The position numbers and the translations under genes are program-made. The notes beneath the pieces were generated by a model that worked only from the letters and a program-made list of their open reading frames with translations, made no database searches and was not told the DNA's origin. Positions 11,190-24,409 of a stretch of DNA of 64,000 nucleotides are shown one piece after another. Origin of the DNA: Lingula anatina (lineage: Eukaryota; Animalia; Brachiopoda); contig CM120642.1 of assembly GCA_051362555.1 (NCBI GenBank), positions 4,960,001 to 5,024,000 of the forward strand. The letters are read 5' to 3'. The number at the start of each line of letters is the position of its first letter. The first letter of the stretch is position 1.

Positions 11190-14100
11190 TCATCTCAAGA
11201 AAGAGCTGAAAGACATAAGCATCCCAAATGACTTCACTCTACCAACAAAGTTCTTCTACTGTAATATATTTTAGAGACAAAACAATAACTTTCAGGGCCA
11301 AATATACGAAGAAAAAAATAAGATTTTTCAATGAACAGAGATTATTAGAGTTATCCTATTATAGTCTCAATGATTACTAAGCTAACTATTATGGTTAAAC
11401 CTTCTAAAATAAGGGGCCATTCAGAATGAGTTAAGTGGACCTAGCTAGTGCAACCTAACTTCATAGGGACTCTTGCTGAATGCAACTAGATAAACAGGCC
11501 ACCTAATTAGGTCAGCATAACTCATTCTGAATGGCCCCTAGCAATAATATTATGATTAAACATGCTTCTTATCTCCAACCTTCATATCTATGAACATATA
11601 CAGTAACTTACCCCAAAATGACTTAAACACATTTACTTATAAACTATTCACACGAGAACACAAGCAAACGCATGAGCGTACCTGTGTGAGTTGGTATCGA
11701 GGTTCAGACAACTTCTCCACAACATCAAAGTGGTCCACGCCAGGGACATCTACAAACTGAGTGGCCATACCAGCCTCTTGTAATGCCTGCAATAGCATAA
11801 CTGTTACAGCAAACAATGGACAAAAGTATCACATGAAAAAATTTTATATGCAAAAAATATAGCAAAATGTTCAATATTTAATGTTTAAGTTCAAATCTGA
11901 AAGCAAATTATTATGTACTAAACAAATTTTTCAAAATTTGTTTCACGAGAAAACGATTCAGCAATAGAGGTACATTTAATTATTTTTAAAATGCCTTAAA
12001 TTGTAAGGCGCATTGAGATTTTTAATGGAATGTGCCACATAAGAATACATTATTATAGCTATTATTATTACAGGCACAGATTGTCACTCACTGTATGATA
12101 CTCTTTGGCTTGCTTTCTGAACTCAGGGGAGTCGTGTTCTGCCACCAATACCACCACCTTACACTTCCTGCACGTGATGTCTGTCAGGTGATTCATTGGA
12201 CTGTTAGTCCATGCTTCTTCACTAAATAAAACAAATTATAAAGTGATAAATATTTTATATTCATCAAGTCCAAAGCTGTTGTGTACAATACCTGCAAAGA
12301 TTATAAATTAAAATCACATCATAAGTATAGGGATTGCACACCTGATAAGTTCTCATAATTATCAAATTTATCAATCATGCATTTTGTGCTGCATCAAGCA
12401 CATCAATATTTTTCAAAAATCATCTATCACACCAATATTTTTCATTTCATCACTTTTGTCTTTATCTTGGCTTTAATCATGTGGTCAAAGATAATATCCA
12501 ACCATGATATGATACAGTAATGACTCGGGTTTTTTTAGGTGGTAAAAATCTACCCTCTACCAGGGCGAGTGATAGATTTTTTACAGATATTCACAGATAT
12601 GTCTCTAGCTAGATAGATGGTCATTTAGGGCTCAACTCACCCTTGTTATGTCCCTTTACATATACATATGAGATGAATGTCCCAAACTTATATAATTTAG
12701 AATGCTTAATTCAAGCGTGGGCTCGAAATAGGACATTACGTTTTAGACTTACTCAGTGGATAACGCAATTCAAAATTCCACGGTTCGTGTCAGATTTACG
12801 TAAGGTAGCGCAAAGAAAACCCAAGTCCACATAATGACCAGTTTAATGGTTTATTGGTTGACGATCTCTAACTACATGTTCTATACGTGAAGCCTCCAAC
12901 TTCTAAGCCGTCTCCCATAGCTCCGTCGAGCGGTCACCTTCGAGTCTTCTTCAGTCTGCCCCCCAATATTATTTCTAGACGTCTTTTATACGCATTTCTT
13001 ATCTATAGGTGGATTCTGTGCTGCAGTATTTGGCGGTACATACTAATTTTAATTATTCAAATTGCACACGTCCACTTAAGTTACACGACTACAGGTAAGG
13101 CCATAAAACGAGTCGAGTGCACAAGCAATCGACTCTAATCAAATTAATTTACATGTCTGGGAATTATATTTGTGAACACTACACGCCTTCCCTTTTTACC
13201 AGAAAAAAAAAACATTTTTTTTTTCATTTACCACGTTGGAGACATTCACTCTACATTATATTTACAACATATATACAAAGCGAAGCACGTTAATAAAAGA
13301 ACACGTTACAGACAGGCCCGGAGGAAAACCAGAGATAAAACCCTTTAATTCATATCTTTCTTTGTCAATTTAGGGAAAAATAGCTCTGGAAACCGGGCAA
13401 CTGAGCCCTTATATTTTAAAGTCTTTAAAATTGATTTGAGTCTTTTAGTATTTAGTCTTTCAATGGAATCATCGGCAAAACGGCGGGGTCCACCACTCTC
13501 GGCTGTAGGGTAACTTGGGTTCCAGGACGCAGGACTGATAGGTCTAATGGATCGAAGCGCTGGAAACCCTCAGCCTTGGATACGCGGCAGAAGGTGGGTC
13601 GGAGGCGATGACACAGGCACGGCGATGCAGGGACCATTCACTGTCACCTGAAACGAGACACAGGGGAAAATAAACTTTCTTCGTTATAATAAAGTTTCAT
13701 CGTCTTTTTTTTTTTCATACTTAAACCTGCCTTCAGTTGTATCTACGTTCAACATACATCTGTCATTACTCCTTTTTTTAATATGCATATATCGTATAAG
13801 CATTAATTTTAGGGAAAAAATTCTAACCCATTTATTCCAGGGAAACAATTCCAATCACAAGCTCGCCACAATAATAATATTGATAATAAACAAAGTCAAT
13901 CAGGGCTAATATGAAGAGGAAAAACACCACCTATCATCCCAGACAACAGGAAAACCCACAGTTAGACCTAATCAAGCTACCAGCACCATCACGACCGTAT
14001 CAAGCTACCAGCGCCGTCTCGGCCTGCCTCATCAGCAACACCTGGCCATATGCTGCAGATAAAACTGTGTGAGCTACCAGTGCCGTCATGGTCTGTCTGC

Positions 14101-17100
14101 CAGCAGTATCCGGCCCATATTGCCAGCAAAACTCTGTATGTTTCCGAAGTCACAGGACACCCGTCGAATCGATCATCATGGCTGGTTACTCAAACAACAG
14201 CAAGATATTAGCAAGAAAAGAATATCTACCCAGTTCCCACAGAACACCGTTCTGCTACCTAACCCTTCGTGGGCAGGCATCAACATAAAAAATACCTGGT
14301 CTAAAATACCAGTCCCGACACTCCAACGTGGAGCATGGTACCCTTAAAGAAATTATCTGGTCCAACTTGCATTTATCCATTTGCGGACCTAAATTAACAA
14401 GCAGCCCTTACATCGCTAGGAACTCACCAGATCTTCCGCTCTTATTAACTTAGAGCAGGATAACCTTAAAAATAAAATACTGGGTCTCCAACCTCACTTC
14501 GAGGTAAACTAACCTGTTTTCACCACGCCATATGAGCCTCCTTCCTTCATTACCCGTCACGACGTTTAATTGTCCTCTCGCATAATATAAAAGTCTAAAA
14601 GTACACGTGTTTGTCTGTCTGTGTGTCCGTTTTTAATTACTGTCTGCCTACGCACGTGCCTTGCCTAAACCAGTTCGGTCCGGTTTATTTCGACACCCGT
14701 TTTTAATATTCCCATTATAGACCAAAGCTTTGATATTGCCTCTATATTCAAATTTGCCTAAGAACACGTTCCTTATCACCACGAATGCCGCTTCTTATCT
14801 ATGTTACCAAATTCTGATGTAATCTCCAACTATTACATGTAATTCGATCGGCGCAATTAGCAAACACTTGAAGTTCTTTATCTTACGGCTTGCCTCTGTC
14901 GGCCCTTGCACGACAATATCGGCAATTATAATTAATAGCACAATAGCCTGTACATCTGAACGTTACAAATTTAAAAATCCGATCAAGACCATATCAACGT
15001 AACCCTTATTTTACTACGTAGAAATTTCGTCAATTACCGAATCAACGCAACAATAACCCGAAAACATGTTAAAATACAACAACGACACCAAAAGACGATA
15101 TATACTACACTGTACCAACAACGCAAAACTTATCTTAATTTTTCCGCTACGCAATCCTGAATATATCAAGAAAAAGAACACGTCTACGACTGCCACGTAA
15201 CACCAGTGCGTAGCTTTTTCCGAAAATTGCATTTTTTCATGCACTAACGATCTCTTGTGTCTTACAAAAAAAAGTAAGCAATCTGCCTAAACATTTCATG
15301 TGCCGTAATTACGTGAAATTTTGCGACTTACATACAAAATCGACTTAAAAACTGGAGGAGCCGTTTATTCCTCTCTTACTATCATAACATTTTACTTAAA
15401 ATCGGCAAGTCACCCCTACTTTGCACTGAATTTGGAAAGTTTTTAATTAATCTTAACATGAACAGGCCCTCCCACGGCACGAAAAACCGTTAAAAACTAA
15501 CAGAATTTTACACAAAATTCGAAATTAAAATACTTGTTACTGCAAGATATAAACAATAGTTCATACTTACCGGCCGGTAGGTGATACTGCCTGGCCGACC
15601 GATCTTCGCTGCGCGAAGACATACCCTTTCTATACCTCCCCGTCTGGCCATTTTGTGTCTAGTCAGGTCTTCCTTGTGCGCATTGGAACGTAAACTGGCG
15701 AAGCTCAGCCAAATATGTTATGTCCCTTTACATATACATATGAGATGAATGTCCCAAACTTATATAATTTAGAACGCTTAATTCAAGCGTGGGCTCGAAA
15801 TAGGACATTACGTTTTAGACTTACTCAGTGGATAACGCAATTCAAAATTCCACGGTTCGTGTCAGATTTACGTAAGGTAGCGCAAAGAAAACCCAAGTCC
15901 ACATAATGACCAGTTTAATGGTTTATTGGTTGACGATCTCTAACTACATGTTCTATACGTGAAGCCTCCAACTTCTAAGCCGTCTCCCATAGCTCCGTCG
16001 AGCGGTCACCTTCGAGTCTTCTTCAGTCTGCCCCCCAATATTATTTCTAGACGTCTTTTATACGCATTTCTTATCTATAGGTGGATTCTGTGCTGCAGTA
16101 TTTGGCGGTACATACTAATTTTAATTATTCAAATTGCACACGTCCACTTAAGTTACACGACTACAGGTAAGGCCATAAAACGAGTCGAGTGCACAAGCAA
16201 TCGACTCTAATCAAATTAATTTACATGTCTGGGAATTATATTTGTGAACACTACACCCTGTTGAGAAATCTCAAGGCTGATTACATGGCTGATAATTGTT
16301 TGCATAACTGCTCAGGCACTGCCACTTAGCAGGTCCAGTCTAAGTCTGCGTGACAGCAATCAAGACAGTTAATTACTCTGACTTCAATCACTTGCTCTTC
16401 TGTGACAGATAAAAAATTCTTAGACTGGTTGCGTAACAAGCAGTTATCACATCGTTGTGAAACTCAGCTCATGCAGAGCAAGTACAAAGCCTTTGGCGCG
16501 CGCGCAGAGATAATTGTTTCCACATGGGATTCCTCAACAGGGTGAGTTGAGCCCTAAATGACCATCTATCTAGCTAGAGACATATCTGTGAATATCTGAA
16601 AACAATCTATCACTCACCCTGGTAGATGGTAGTAAAAATCCATCAGATACATATTTTTTTAATCATAAAAATTATATTTCTATATAGCATCTGTGGTGCT
16701 TTTACTGCATAGAATTGAAGACAGGGTAACCTGTGTTTCAATTTTGTTGCTACCACTCAATAGGAATGTTCTAGTTTTAAGAAACTGTAAGAAATGTAGT
16801 TTATGTTAAATTCACAGTTTTCTCCCACTGAAAAGATGTCATTACTGTATATACTTAAATATTTGTGTTACTTACTCTGTCATTTTAAGAGGTTCGTTAA
16901 CATATGTGGCAACAAGAGGGCGAAGATCAAAAATTCCAGACACAAGAAACACACCTACACAAATATAATGTGAAAGCATAAAACATACAAAATGTTCCAG
17001 TTAAATTTAAAACACCTTGATAGACACACACAGGACATTTAGTAAGTGTTCTAAAACAACACTCAAGCAAGCTTTATTAATCTTCTTTTGCTCCATACTC

Positions 17101-18963
17101 CTTAACATTTGACAAAAAAATTAAATCAAAGGATTTAAAGCAAACAACCATGCATGCTTATGGGTTAATGCCCAATATGATTTTCAATTTAAAATTTTTC
17201 TCTTGAATTATTTCCCCTTTTTAATTTATATTGTGTACCATCCATTAATTTTGATATTCAAAACTGTGTATTTTAGATGAAAACTTCTCTCCTACAACCC
17301 ACTACTTTGTGTGCATGCGTGTGAATGCATGTTTTTTACACAACATTGAACATCTCTCACATATGATATTATAGATGTATGTGAAAATGTTCTGTACAAT
17401 GTATAATTACCTTTAAGGAATCCAGGGCTCTCCATAAACTCCCCCATCCAGTCGACACTGAGCATCATTGCAGCCAAGTGGGCACCTGCACTGTGACCAC
17501 AAATATATACTCCACTGGTAGCAGAAAAAGAAAATGTTAAACATAAATAACCATTATTCTTTTTAAAAATTTTAACACAAATACATGATAATGTCTATGT
17601 TACAACTAGGTTCAAGTAAACAAGTTGCTGACATTCGGGATAAACTGTGATGTTGAATGTGTAGGCAGATATGGAAGGTTCATTAAAAAAATCAGAAAAG
17701 TTACTATAATTTGAATAACTTCTTATGAAACCCTTATACAACCTTAAAAGTCAGACAAAAAGTTAGTTCTTTTCCTTGATATTATATTCAACACACAGGA
17801 TAGTCTGATTAAAGACACCTCTGATAAATTACTGAGAATCGTTCACAGGTCTATCAACACTCAACAACCTGTAGGCATTCTGCCTGATGATGCTATTATT
17901 GTGACAAGAGCAAAAGGTACATAGCAAAAGGTACGATGCTGTTTTTGTTCCAAAGTAAGTGATTATTAGCACTATAACATCAGTAAATACAATTCTTTAG
18001 AACTATAAACAACTAATCTTATTGATAAAACTTTAAAAACTTTCTTACCTGGATTCTCTTTTCTTTGCCAAATACATGACTGATCCTAGAGCTTTCTTCA
18101 CCTGGTTGATTATCTGACCCATATTCACTACAACCAATCAATAAAATCAGTCAGATGTAAATAAACAAAGAAATAAACAAAAATTTGATTTTTAAGATAA
18201 TTTGACAATTAAATGTGTAAAAAGAAATAGTGTCTTCTACACTGTACTATGTGAAAACATCTGTAATGTTTTTGTCACATAAAATAATCATTAGATAAAA
18301 GGAAGGTAATAATTCATCTTTTATAAAAAAAAAATGATTAGATATTTTTTAATGAAAATAAAATGAATTACATAAAAATATGCATTAACACACTGCATAT
18401 TATAAGTGTGCAAGAGTGTATTTGTGTGTGAGCATGTATGCCTCCTACCCTTTGGAGCAAGATCATAACCAACCACGGCCACAATGGCACCAGAACCAAC
18501 AAATGTTTCTGCCATAAAACTGGATACAGACAGGCTGTTGGAAGAAGAAACAAAATAATATTTCAAACTAAAACAAAATTTAAAAACATGATTAAATAGT
18601 AGATTAATGGATTCATAAAATACTTGAATGTTTTAAAAGGTTAAGTAACTTGTAATGATGGAGTCAGCTAATCATAAATTCCTGTACACTGCTCTCTTTG
18701 CCAATACTGTATCTGCCCCCCTGCTTTTGTCATGACAGAGGCAGCTGATGGAAAAGTTGATAACAGTGATAACAGCAACAGACAACACATATTCATAAAT
18801 CAATTCATTAATTTACTATGACATGATATGTGGAGATGGCAAGCAACTAAAACTGATGACTGATTGCTGGGGCTTCATACTCATCACCTCTTTGTTTTAT
18901 TAATGTACCTCATATCCTGCCAATAGCCACCATGTATATACACAAAGATGGGGAGACCTATAA

Positions 18964-19006
<43 letters not shown>

Positions 19007-21084
19007 ACAGCATAAGAAAGCAAAAAAAAAAAAAAAAAATTGAAACATATAGAACACAAGCCGTATTTCAGTCCTATGAATCCTGTAAGTTTGAAAATAA
19101 TTAAAACTAATAACAAGGTTTTCCCTTTGTTGTGTATATAATGAAAAAATTCCAGGAAAGTGCATGACAACAGCTACAGCAGATGAAGTGATGGCTATGT
19201 GTCTAAACACACTTTGTCTGTCCATAAAAATGTATTAGAAAAAAAAACATCAAATTTCTTAAAAACTGACAGAACCAAGAGAATAAAGGCCTTCAAGATT
19301 CTACCCAACACCTAACATTTCTTGCTTTTCCAGAGATATCAGATTGTTCAAACTGTTATACCTTGTTTATTGCCACTTGGGTAGAAAACATCCACCTTCT
19401 GTTCCTCTGATTCTCCATATACAATGCTGCTATGCTCCAGATTCTGCCTTGCTCTCTCACTCCCTATCAATATTGAGGAAATAAATCCATGAACTGATAT
19501 GTAAATATACAGACCCAATATGTAAGTGAAGAATATTTTATTTTAAGAGGTAAGTGTTGGAAATAAATACTTTCTTTTTAGAAAATGTGGATCACACATG
19601 AGAAATGTAAACAGGTATATGTGTAGCCAGGTGTGTTGGTTCAATTGGTCACCTTTTTCGAAGAATGTCTACATTATGTAATATGTGGTAATTTCTCTGA
19701 GCGTTTTTCTTTGGCTGGTTTGAGAAAGAGTAAAGAAGATCAGCATTTCAGAAGTATAAGTACATGTATCTATACTTTTGTATCTCTGCAACACCTAGTC
19801 AGAAGATTTTGAAGATTTTCCTTAGCTGGCCATAAGAACTTGGACAGCAATATGCCATAGTATTGTTGAGTTGTACCGGAATGGAGAGAAGCAAACTGCC
19901 ATCGGCAGACATATAAGTGAATCCCATGGAACAAAGCCTGGTGCTTCAAAGGCATGCCCCGTCTGGTGGCACTACACTATGGCTACTAAGGCCGAGAAGA
20001 CTGCTTGCTCCTACAGTTATGTCATAACAACCAGAAAGAAACCCTATCATGCTCTACAAAATGAGAGGCAAATTGCCATTCAAAAGTGTGCATCTAGAAC
20101 ACTAGTGAATGCCAGGCTAATTTCAGCCAGTTACCATGACAGGTGGCCCTGAAAGTGGCCTCAATGCCTGTGCCTGTAGTGGGACAGGAACCATTTGCAT
20201 TCGCATGCACAACACTGAAACCATGTGCTTTTTACAGAAGAGATAAATAAATGTTCACTTCACTGCCGCGGTGGCCTATAAGAGTACTAAGGGTTCCAGA
20301 GGAACTTTATGAGGCTTGTGTCACCCCTACAGTGAATGGCAGCGGCAGCAATATCTGTGTATGCTGGATCCAAAACACCATTGGAGGGATTTGTCAGTTG
20401 CCTTCACCAACTAAAATACAGGAACATTTTAGAGTACAATAGCATACCATTTGCAAGAGGGCACTTTTGGGACACATATACCTTCCAAGATAACAAAGAT
20501 TGAAGGGAAAAATTGAAGAAAATACGTTTCAAAAATTCCATGTAACTTGTAAATGTCAAGTCTGTGTTTACCTTAAGAGTACACAATTCAATTTACTCAT
20601 ACGCTTTGACTCCATTGTCTTAAAAATAATTGTATCTTTGTAACTCATAACACTGAAAAACATCACTAGCATAGAACAGATATATTCAAATCTGGTTTTC
20701 TTTTTATCAGTGGTAATGCTTACAAAAATAATCAGACAGTCTGGAAAAAAATAGGACAATATTGATATGATACATAAAAAACAACTAAGCATGTAAAGAA
20801 GGAAGGTGTTCTGATTGGCTTGAACTAAAACCTTATTATCAGTGTGTGACCGAGACCACACTCAGGTGTTAAGGTCACTGACAAGGTATCAGATTGTCGT
20901 GTGAAAAATGGACTGCAGTTCAAAGTCATCTATTTAACCTCTTTGTGGCACTTTTTAATATCATATTCGAAGTGTATTTATTTTATTTCTATATAAAAAG
21001 TCCTTAATGAACTGCCCACAGCAAGTTGAATAATTCATGAAAAAACACAATCCCTTCTATGAAATATGAACCACTCCCTTCCCT

Positions 21085-21115
<31 letters not shown>

Positions 21116-24100
21116 ACAGGAATGATAAGCACTTACAAGCCTCACAATGGGAGAAAAGGACTATAGCCAGTCAAGCTGTATCTACAGTAGGTCACCTTAG
21201 GACAGCCAGGTGAATGTGATACGAATCAGCGCTATATGCATTACACAACAAACACAGACTCTAAGTCATGTTCACTTTAACTTCAGCTAATACCAAACAA
21301 AAATCCATTTTATAAGTTAAGATATGCAGGATAACAGAAATCCATCAAGGGCTAGCATTAGACGGTAATGAGTTATTTGCAGAGTCTACTAGCTATAATG
21401 TACAATTAACCCTGGCTTGGGTGATTGAAAAGCAATGCGAAAGATAAACCTGGTAACCGTTAAGACTTATATTAGTCATTTCCAATCTTTTAAAGCAAAG
21501 CAAGACCAAACCTGAAGACACTGTTGCTTTGTGGTTTGGTACCACTTGTGTGGCATCCTTAAATCTGTGAGACCAGTTGCTGCTTTTATACATGTAATCC
21601 ATGTTTCCTTTGCAAATATTCAGCTTTAAAGGCACATTTCATTACAATTATATTGCATAAATTCCTCACAAGATGTCGCTGGCTACAGCTGGCTGCTGAT
21701 GATTCATGATAAGCCATCTGTGAAACCACTTTTCTGCATGTCTGATGGACTCAAAATCCACGGTCCATTAAATCAACTTGGGCTTTAACTTCTATCTTGA
21801 AAGCTTATGTTAAACATTCTTATACCTTTTCCTCCCCTGCAGTTCATATATATAAGGCGATTTGGGGAAAGAGTTGTCTATCCCTGGACAATAATATTTT
21901 GTCTCATAAAGGTCTAATATTTTATTTGTGCCTTAAATAATGTACCTTCTGTAAGAACCTGAACATGGTCTGGGACAGCTTTACTGGTTGTCTCGAATCT
22001 TTGGGTCCAACGACTGGGAGAATACTGGAGCTCCAATTCCTAAAAAAAAAGTGCTTATTGTAACATCTTATGATTAGATAGCAATAGGAATTAACTTATG
22101 ATTTTTACCTTGTAATAGTCTTAACTAAAAGTGTAATGATAGAATTAAAAATGGAGTAGGGTCAGTGCAGGGGGGGAGGGGGGGGTTTGATTGATTTGAG
22201 GTACATAATGGGGTGAAATTGCTTTTTTTCCATCTTCGAATCTGGGTAAAGACAGTGCCCCTAGCCACCCTTACCAACCTTCCCAGTCTTTGATTTTTAA
22301 CATTTTTCATAATTCTAATCAGTAGTGACTTTGATCAATGTCTTTTCTATTAAAGGTATCCGATCAGGTATTTTCCACCAAGTTTATTTATTTTTTAAAG
22401 TGGTTTTTAAGGTTTGACTAGGGATAGAAAAATAGTTATGCATGATATGCAGACACAGGAAAAGTTCCAAATGCCCATAGCACACCTTTAAAAATAGTCT
22501 GACAATTAAACTTTTACAATAATCTTCAAACTAAAGGTACAAACCAGAGATATTGACCAAAATCAACACATGAATGAATTAAGAAAAACAGAAAAATCAA
22601 ACACTTACTTGTGTACTTGGTACAGTTGGGTGGTAATACTGTATTTCAGATACCCAGACTGCATTTGGTCACATACTACATAAATATATGCCAGGTGTAG
22701 TTCATGGTAACTACCAATAGGTGGCACTGCAGTTCAGGTGCTGCTGGTTCTCTCTTGGCTCTCTGCTCCTCCAAGTACAGAGCACAACAGCAAACAATTG
22801 CAGCAAAAAGATCATATTTTTGATAAGTAAATGTTGTTTTGCTTTATGCAATCGTCTGTTCAACTCCCAACTCTTGTGAACATTTGGCTCTGTAGAAAAC
22901 TCACATCGACCATTTACGGGCTTGTTCCCAACGAAACTATCATACAGTACTATGTAGATCGCTGAATGACATGCTTCCTTCTGACATTAAGTAGAAAACA
23001 GAAAAGTTGATGATTATACAAGTACCTTGGAAACAAAAGGAGGCCTGCTAATCTGTGAATTTGACTTTTAGCTTGGGGGGAAGGTTGCAAAAGCGCCCGA
23101 TTATGTCCTCTGCTTTGCTGGTTGGTTTAGGTACAGGGAGGGGCAGGGCGGTGTGGGAATGTTACATAAGAATAGACGACCTGATCATTTCAAATCCCAT
23201 AGAGTTGTAATATACTACGTTGTAACAGCTTGAAAAGACATGCTCAGATAAACATGATAAGCCTATATATATGTTCCTGTCCATTGTTATGCCACACTAG
23301 CTGCGACCATACATTAAGATAAATAATTTCATTTATTAATGGTCTACCCAAGGTGTTAGGATAATGAAGCTGGTTGACCTGCTTTGATCTCTTTGTTCAA
23401 TACATGCCTGTGCTTAAGATGTCTATGAGTATGACACCTAAATTTGTTAATACAGGACACAATTCCGATATTTCATGGTCCATGTCAGCTTTACGTAAAA
23501 TCGTAAAAGAAGACATAAGGACACATAATTACCAGTTTAACTGTTTATTTGTTGACGCTCGCTAACTACATGTTCTACCTGAAGTCTCTAACTTTGGAAA
23601 CCTCTCCCATAACTCGCGTCATTCTGCTTAGCTCTCCCAAATCATCTCTCAGTCTCCTCTCTCATATACAGTATTAATTCTGAAAGCTTATATATCCAAT
23701 TTCTTATCTTAGGTGGATCCATATGCTGCACTAGTGTGCGGTGCATACACATCTTAATTATTCAAATTGCACAAGAACACTTGCATTAAATAATTACGTG
23801 TAAGGCCATATAATGAATCGAGTGCACAAGCAAGCAACTCCATTAAAATTAGTTTAAAATTAGTAGTAAGGGGTTAGCTTTGTTTACTGAACAAAAAGCC
23901 TCAACAAATAAACCGTTAAACTGGTCATTATGTGTCCTTGGGTTTTCTACAAGTGACTTTATGTAGACCTGACATGAACCGTGGAATCTCGGATTGCATT
24001 ATGTGCATTATAAAAAAGTTCTCATTACATAAGTACAGTACACCGTACAGTACATGTACAAATCAAATTACATGTACAAGGTGGTTATAACTACTACACT

Positions 24101-24409
24101 ACGTCTACAGCAACATGTGTCACACTAATACTACTACCATACACTACGTGGGCGTGGTTCAAGGTACAATTTGTGAATATTTGACATTATGATACAAAAA
24201 ATATGTAGGTAATTATTAGTTCGTACGAACCATGCTCACACAGGTGTGCACTTCATTGGTGCACCTAGTAATTACAGTACACGTAATTACAGTTAAATTC
24301 GGAGAGAATTAAAGAACAAACATTAGCGGTTTAGACACCTTTTCCCATGTTAACTAGCCGCTTATTGTTGCAAGAAAGTATTAAATCCACTCACTTCGAG
24401 ATTCATCAT
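11190..24409 (-). CDS. AFMID: Kynurenine formamidase (exons 24409-24395, 22039-21946, 19463-19362, 18957-18909, 18534-18449, 18127-18049, 17514-17411, 16954-16876, 12221-12092, 11786-11682; last exon probably 11255-11190, uncertain)
   Basis: The spliced ORF has ELELQYSPSRW, IVYGESEEQKVDVFYP, FVYIHGGYWQ, VGYDLAPK, nucleophile motif GHSAG, VSGIFDLRPL, AEHDSPEFRKQ and VDHFDVVE. All splice phases are compatible. Confidence 0.9.
11413..11538. mobile_element. PIF/Harbinger (Tourist-like) MITE
   Basis: TIR GGGGCCATTCAGAATGAGTTA / TAACTCATTCTGAATGGCCCC, flanked by TAA and TAG. Confidence 0.7.
12551..16631. mobile_element. Mutator-like foldback MITE split by the LTR element
   Basis: TIR of about 100 bp, TACCCTCTACCAGGG...CCCTGGTAGATGGTA. 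9-bp TSD GTAAAAATC at 12542-12550 and 16632-16640. Confidence 0.8.
12644..16255 (-). mobile_element. Young non-autonomous LTR retrotransposon (540-bp LTRs at 12644-13183 and 15716-16255)
   Basis: TG...CA direct repeats, with only one difference noticed by eye, and a 4-bp TSD CCCT. On the minus strand a PBS-like TGGCTGAGC follows the 5' LTR and a polypurine tract AAAAGGGAAGGCG precedes the 3' LTR. No gag or pol ORF is present. Confidence 0.9.
19850..20500 (+). pseudogene. Decayed Tc1-family transposase fragment in AFMID intron 2
   Basis: Frameshifted segments resemble Tc1 DD34E motifs: VLFTEE (VLFTDE), CVTPTVNGSGSNICV (PTVKHGGGSIMVWG) and YRNILEYNSIPFARGHFWDTYTFQDN (F.QDNA). Confidence 0.6.
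23285..24005. mobile_element. Diverged solo LTR (~23285-23855) of the same family plus an inverted LTR fragment (~23900-24005)
   Basis: Starts TGTTATG and shares blocks with the 12644 LTR (CACATAAT.ACCAGTTTAA, TAACTACATGTTCTA, ATTATTCAAATTGCACA, TCGAGTGCACAAGCAA). The stretch 23900-24005 is a reverse-complement LTR segment. Confidence 0.7.

Larger units (their letters stand above)
12515..16847. mobile_element. Tc1/mariner-type MITE split by nested insertions
   Basis: TA|CAGTAATGAC...GTCATTACTG|TA. An uninterrupted relative lies at 34689-34938. Confidence 0.7.

Noticed and set aside
12643-16210. Duplicated 63-aa and 83-aa ORFs
   Set aside because: They lie inside the two LTRs and are duplicated only because the LTRs are. 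They show no protein features.
22351-23200. TTAA-AGGTATCCGATCAGG start of a possible second Kolobok-like element
   Set aside because: No convincing matching right end, TSD or coding remnant could be identified by eye.
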